A DNA stretch of 64,000 bases from Octopus bimaculoides (Eukaryota): NCBI RefSeq assembly GCF_001194135.2, contig NC_068982.1, forward strand, positions 12,489,838-12,553,837, given 5' to 3'. Shown here piece after piece: positions 62,298 to 64,000 of this stretch (the first letter of the stretch is position 1; each line of letters begins with the position of its first letter). The notes under the pieces are model-generated. The model made no database searches, was not told the origin of the DNA, and saw nothing but the letters and a program-made list of their open reading frames with translations. The position numbers were made by a program, and so were the translations under genes.

Positions 62298-63480
62298 TAT
62301 GGAAAAGTGAATATTAAACCAAACAAGGATATCTGAGTCATGCAAGCATGGAACGGTAGATACATATATATATTCTGATGCCAACCTGATCACCAAATCT
62401 TGTTCTAATTTAAAATATTGCAGAAGACTCATAATCCTATATACTTTAATTAAAAAATTTCCAAATTGTAAAAATAAATCTCATTCAACCAACAACTACA
62501 ATCTACTGACTACTTATGTGTATCCAGTATCTTTGCAAAATTTTAGCTTTAACATTATTTTTGTTTGTCATTTCTATTTGTGCTTACATTTAGAGATTGA
62601 CAGAACAAAGTGGTAACAGAAAAAAAAAATTAGTAGAAAATCAAAATTAGATGAAGAAACTACATTCTATGATGATAGGGTTGTGCAAAGGATGACATAA
62701 AATGAAATAGAATTGAATAACAAAGAAAGAAATTTGCCATTACTTGCATATATAAGCATCATTATGTGCGGTCGGCAAGAGAGATTTGGTGAAGCAGAAC
62801 AAGACTGCTTTCAGTTCCAATGAAGGATGTTCTCTTAACAGTCGTTGTTTTTTTTTCAGAAAGTGGCTGAACCCACTTCTTATAGGCTCTGTCATTGGGG
62901 AGGAACTCTGATACTGTGGATCATCAAAAATCATCTCTGTCTTTGAATTAAAAGCAAAATTAATCTGAGTTAAACCTTACATTACTTAGGAAATTGAAAC
63001 AAGAGTAATTTGTACAGAACCACTGAATCTTCTTCAAACTGCTTCTCTACTATAGAGCCTACCTAAAAAAAAAATAAATAAATAAAGTATTATTTCGAAA
63101 GTTAAAAAGTAATAATTATTAAGGTATATTTTTGCAACTGCCCAAGATAACAGAACAGATGGCATTCATAAGTTAATTACTAAGAAACTTTTAACATTAC
63201 TAAACATCATAGGCAACCTAGATATCTAATTAGAATTTGTCAGAGATTGGCATAGTATTTAACTGTATTTTAGCATGAAATTTTTAATTTGAAACTTTCT
63301 GACACTTGACCGGGCAACTCTAAAATTAGATTGACCCAATTCATGTAAATATAGATATATTGATAAGGCTGGTTCTTAAGGATAGCTTAACTCAATTGGC
63401 ACGTGACATGCTATGTGAAAAACATGTCATTAAAGAGCTAATGAAGTGTATCTGATTTCAGTATTCAGAATGCCATTTGA

Positions 63481-63520
63481 TCCAGGACTATGAACCATTA
63501 TCCAGGACTATGAACCATTA
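63481..63520. repeat. Exact 20-bp tandem duplication
   Basis: TCCAGGACTATGAACCATTA x2. Confidence 0.95.
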
Positions 63521-63715
63521 TCATAAACTGTTATCAAATTCAATATGTTTTATCTCTACTTTTGTAAATGTAATCTGTTGGTGATTATTGCTAGTGGTGG
63601 TAAATGATGAACGAAAATATCTATACTATTTATTTATGTCTCTTTGCACTCTAAGTTCAAATTTTTACAGGATCAATAAAACAGTGAAGTACTTAAAAGA
63701 TACAGAAATAATTTA

Positions 63716-64000
63716 TTCTCAAACGCATGATAATGCTAATACCATAGCATGAACAAGATAAACTATACATATATTGCAAAACATTTCATTACCGGCCAGC
63801 CATGAGACTCGAACTCACATCCCTGTGATTACACGTCAAGTGCTTTACCTTTAAACTAAACTACCCAAGCACTTGATGCATAATCACAGGGATGTGAGTT
63901 TGAGTCTCATAGCTGGCTGGCTGGTAACGAATTTTTCTGCAATATATGGATATTTCATTCTGTCCATGCTATTGTATTAGCATTATCCTGCGTTTGAGAA
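63716..64000. repeat. Long inverted repeat (~130-bp arms, 21-nt spacer) containing tRNA-Thr-like pseudo-tRNA
   Basis: 63716-63845 and 63867-64000 are diverged reverse complements; minus strand 63866-63794 folds as a degenerate tRNA with T-arm GTGAG-TTCGAGT-CTCAT. Confidence 0.8.

Overview
AT-rich, gapped (7 N runs) animal genomic DNA dominated by repeats. There is no long non-transposon ORF, no rRNA, no intact tRNA and no CRISPR. The repeat set resembles octopus/coleoid cephalopod DNA, which is my inference and not a database match: several tRNA-derived SINE families, RTE LINE 3' ends with (TGA)n tails, R4/Dong-like RLE LINE pieces, Penelope-like terminal repeats, mariner/hAT/piggyBac/Helentron non-autonomous elements, a decayed Ty3/Gypsy pol and dense microsatellites. 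Almost all ORF-track entries are microsatellite, gap or antisense-repeat artefacts. Short candidate exons with canonical splice sites occur on both strands, but I could not assign them to a known protein and they are low confidence. The most distinctive signals are (1) minimal hammerhead-ribozyme motifs in at least two, possibly three, Penelope-like repeat families, two of them arranged as inverted pairs, (2) a ~285-bp fold-back built from tRNA-Thr-like heads at the right edge, (3) a perfect 40-bp-arm hairpin at 7.0 kb, and (4) modular SINEs and recurrent nesting of RTE tails in SINE-internal (TA)n. SINE family letters A-D are my own labels; repeat boundaries are approximate.
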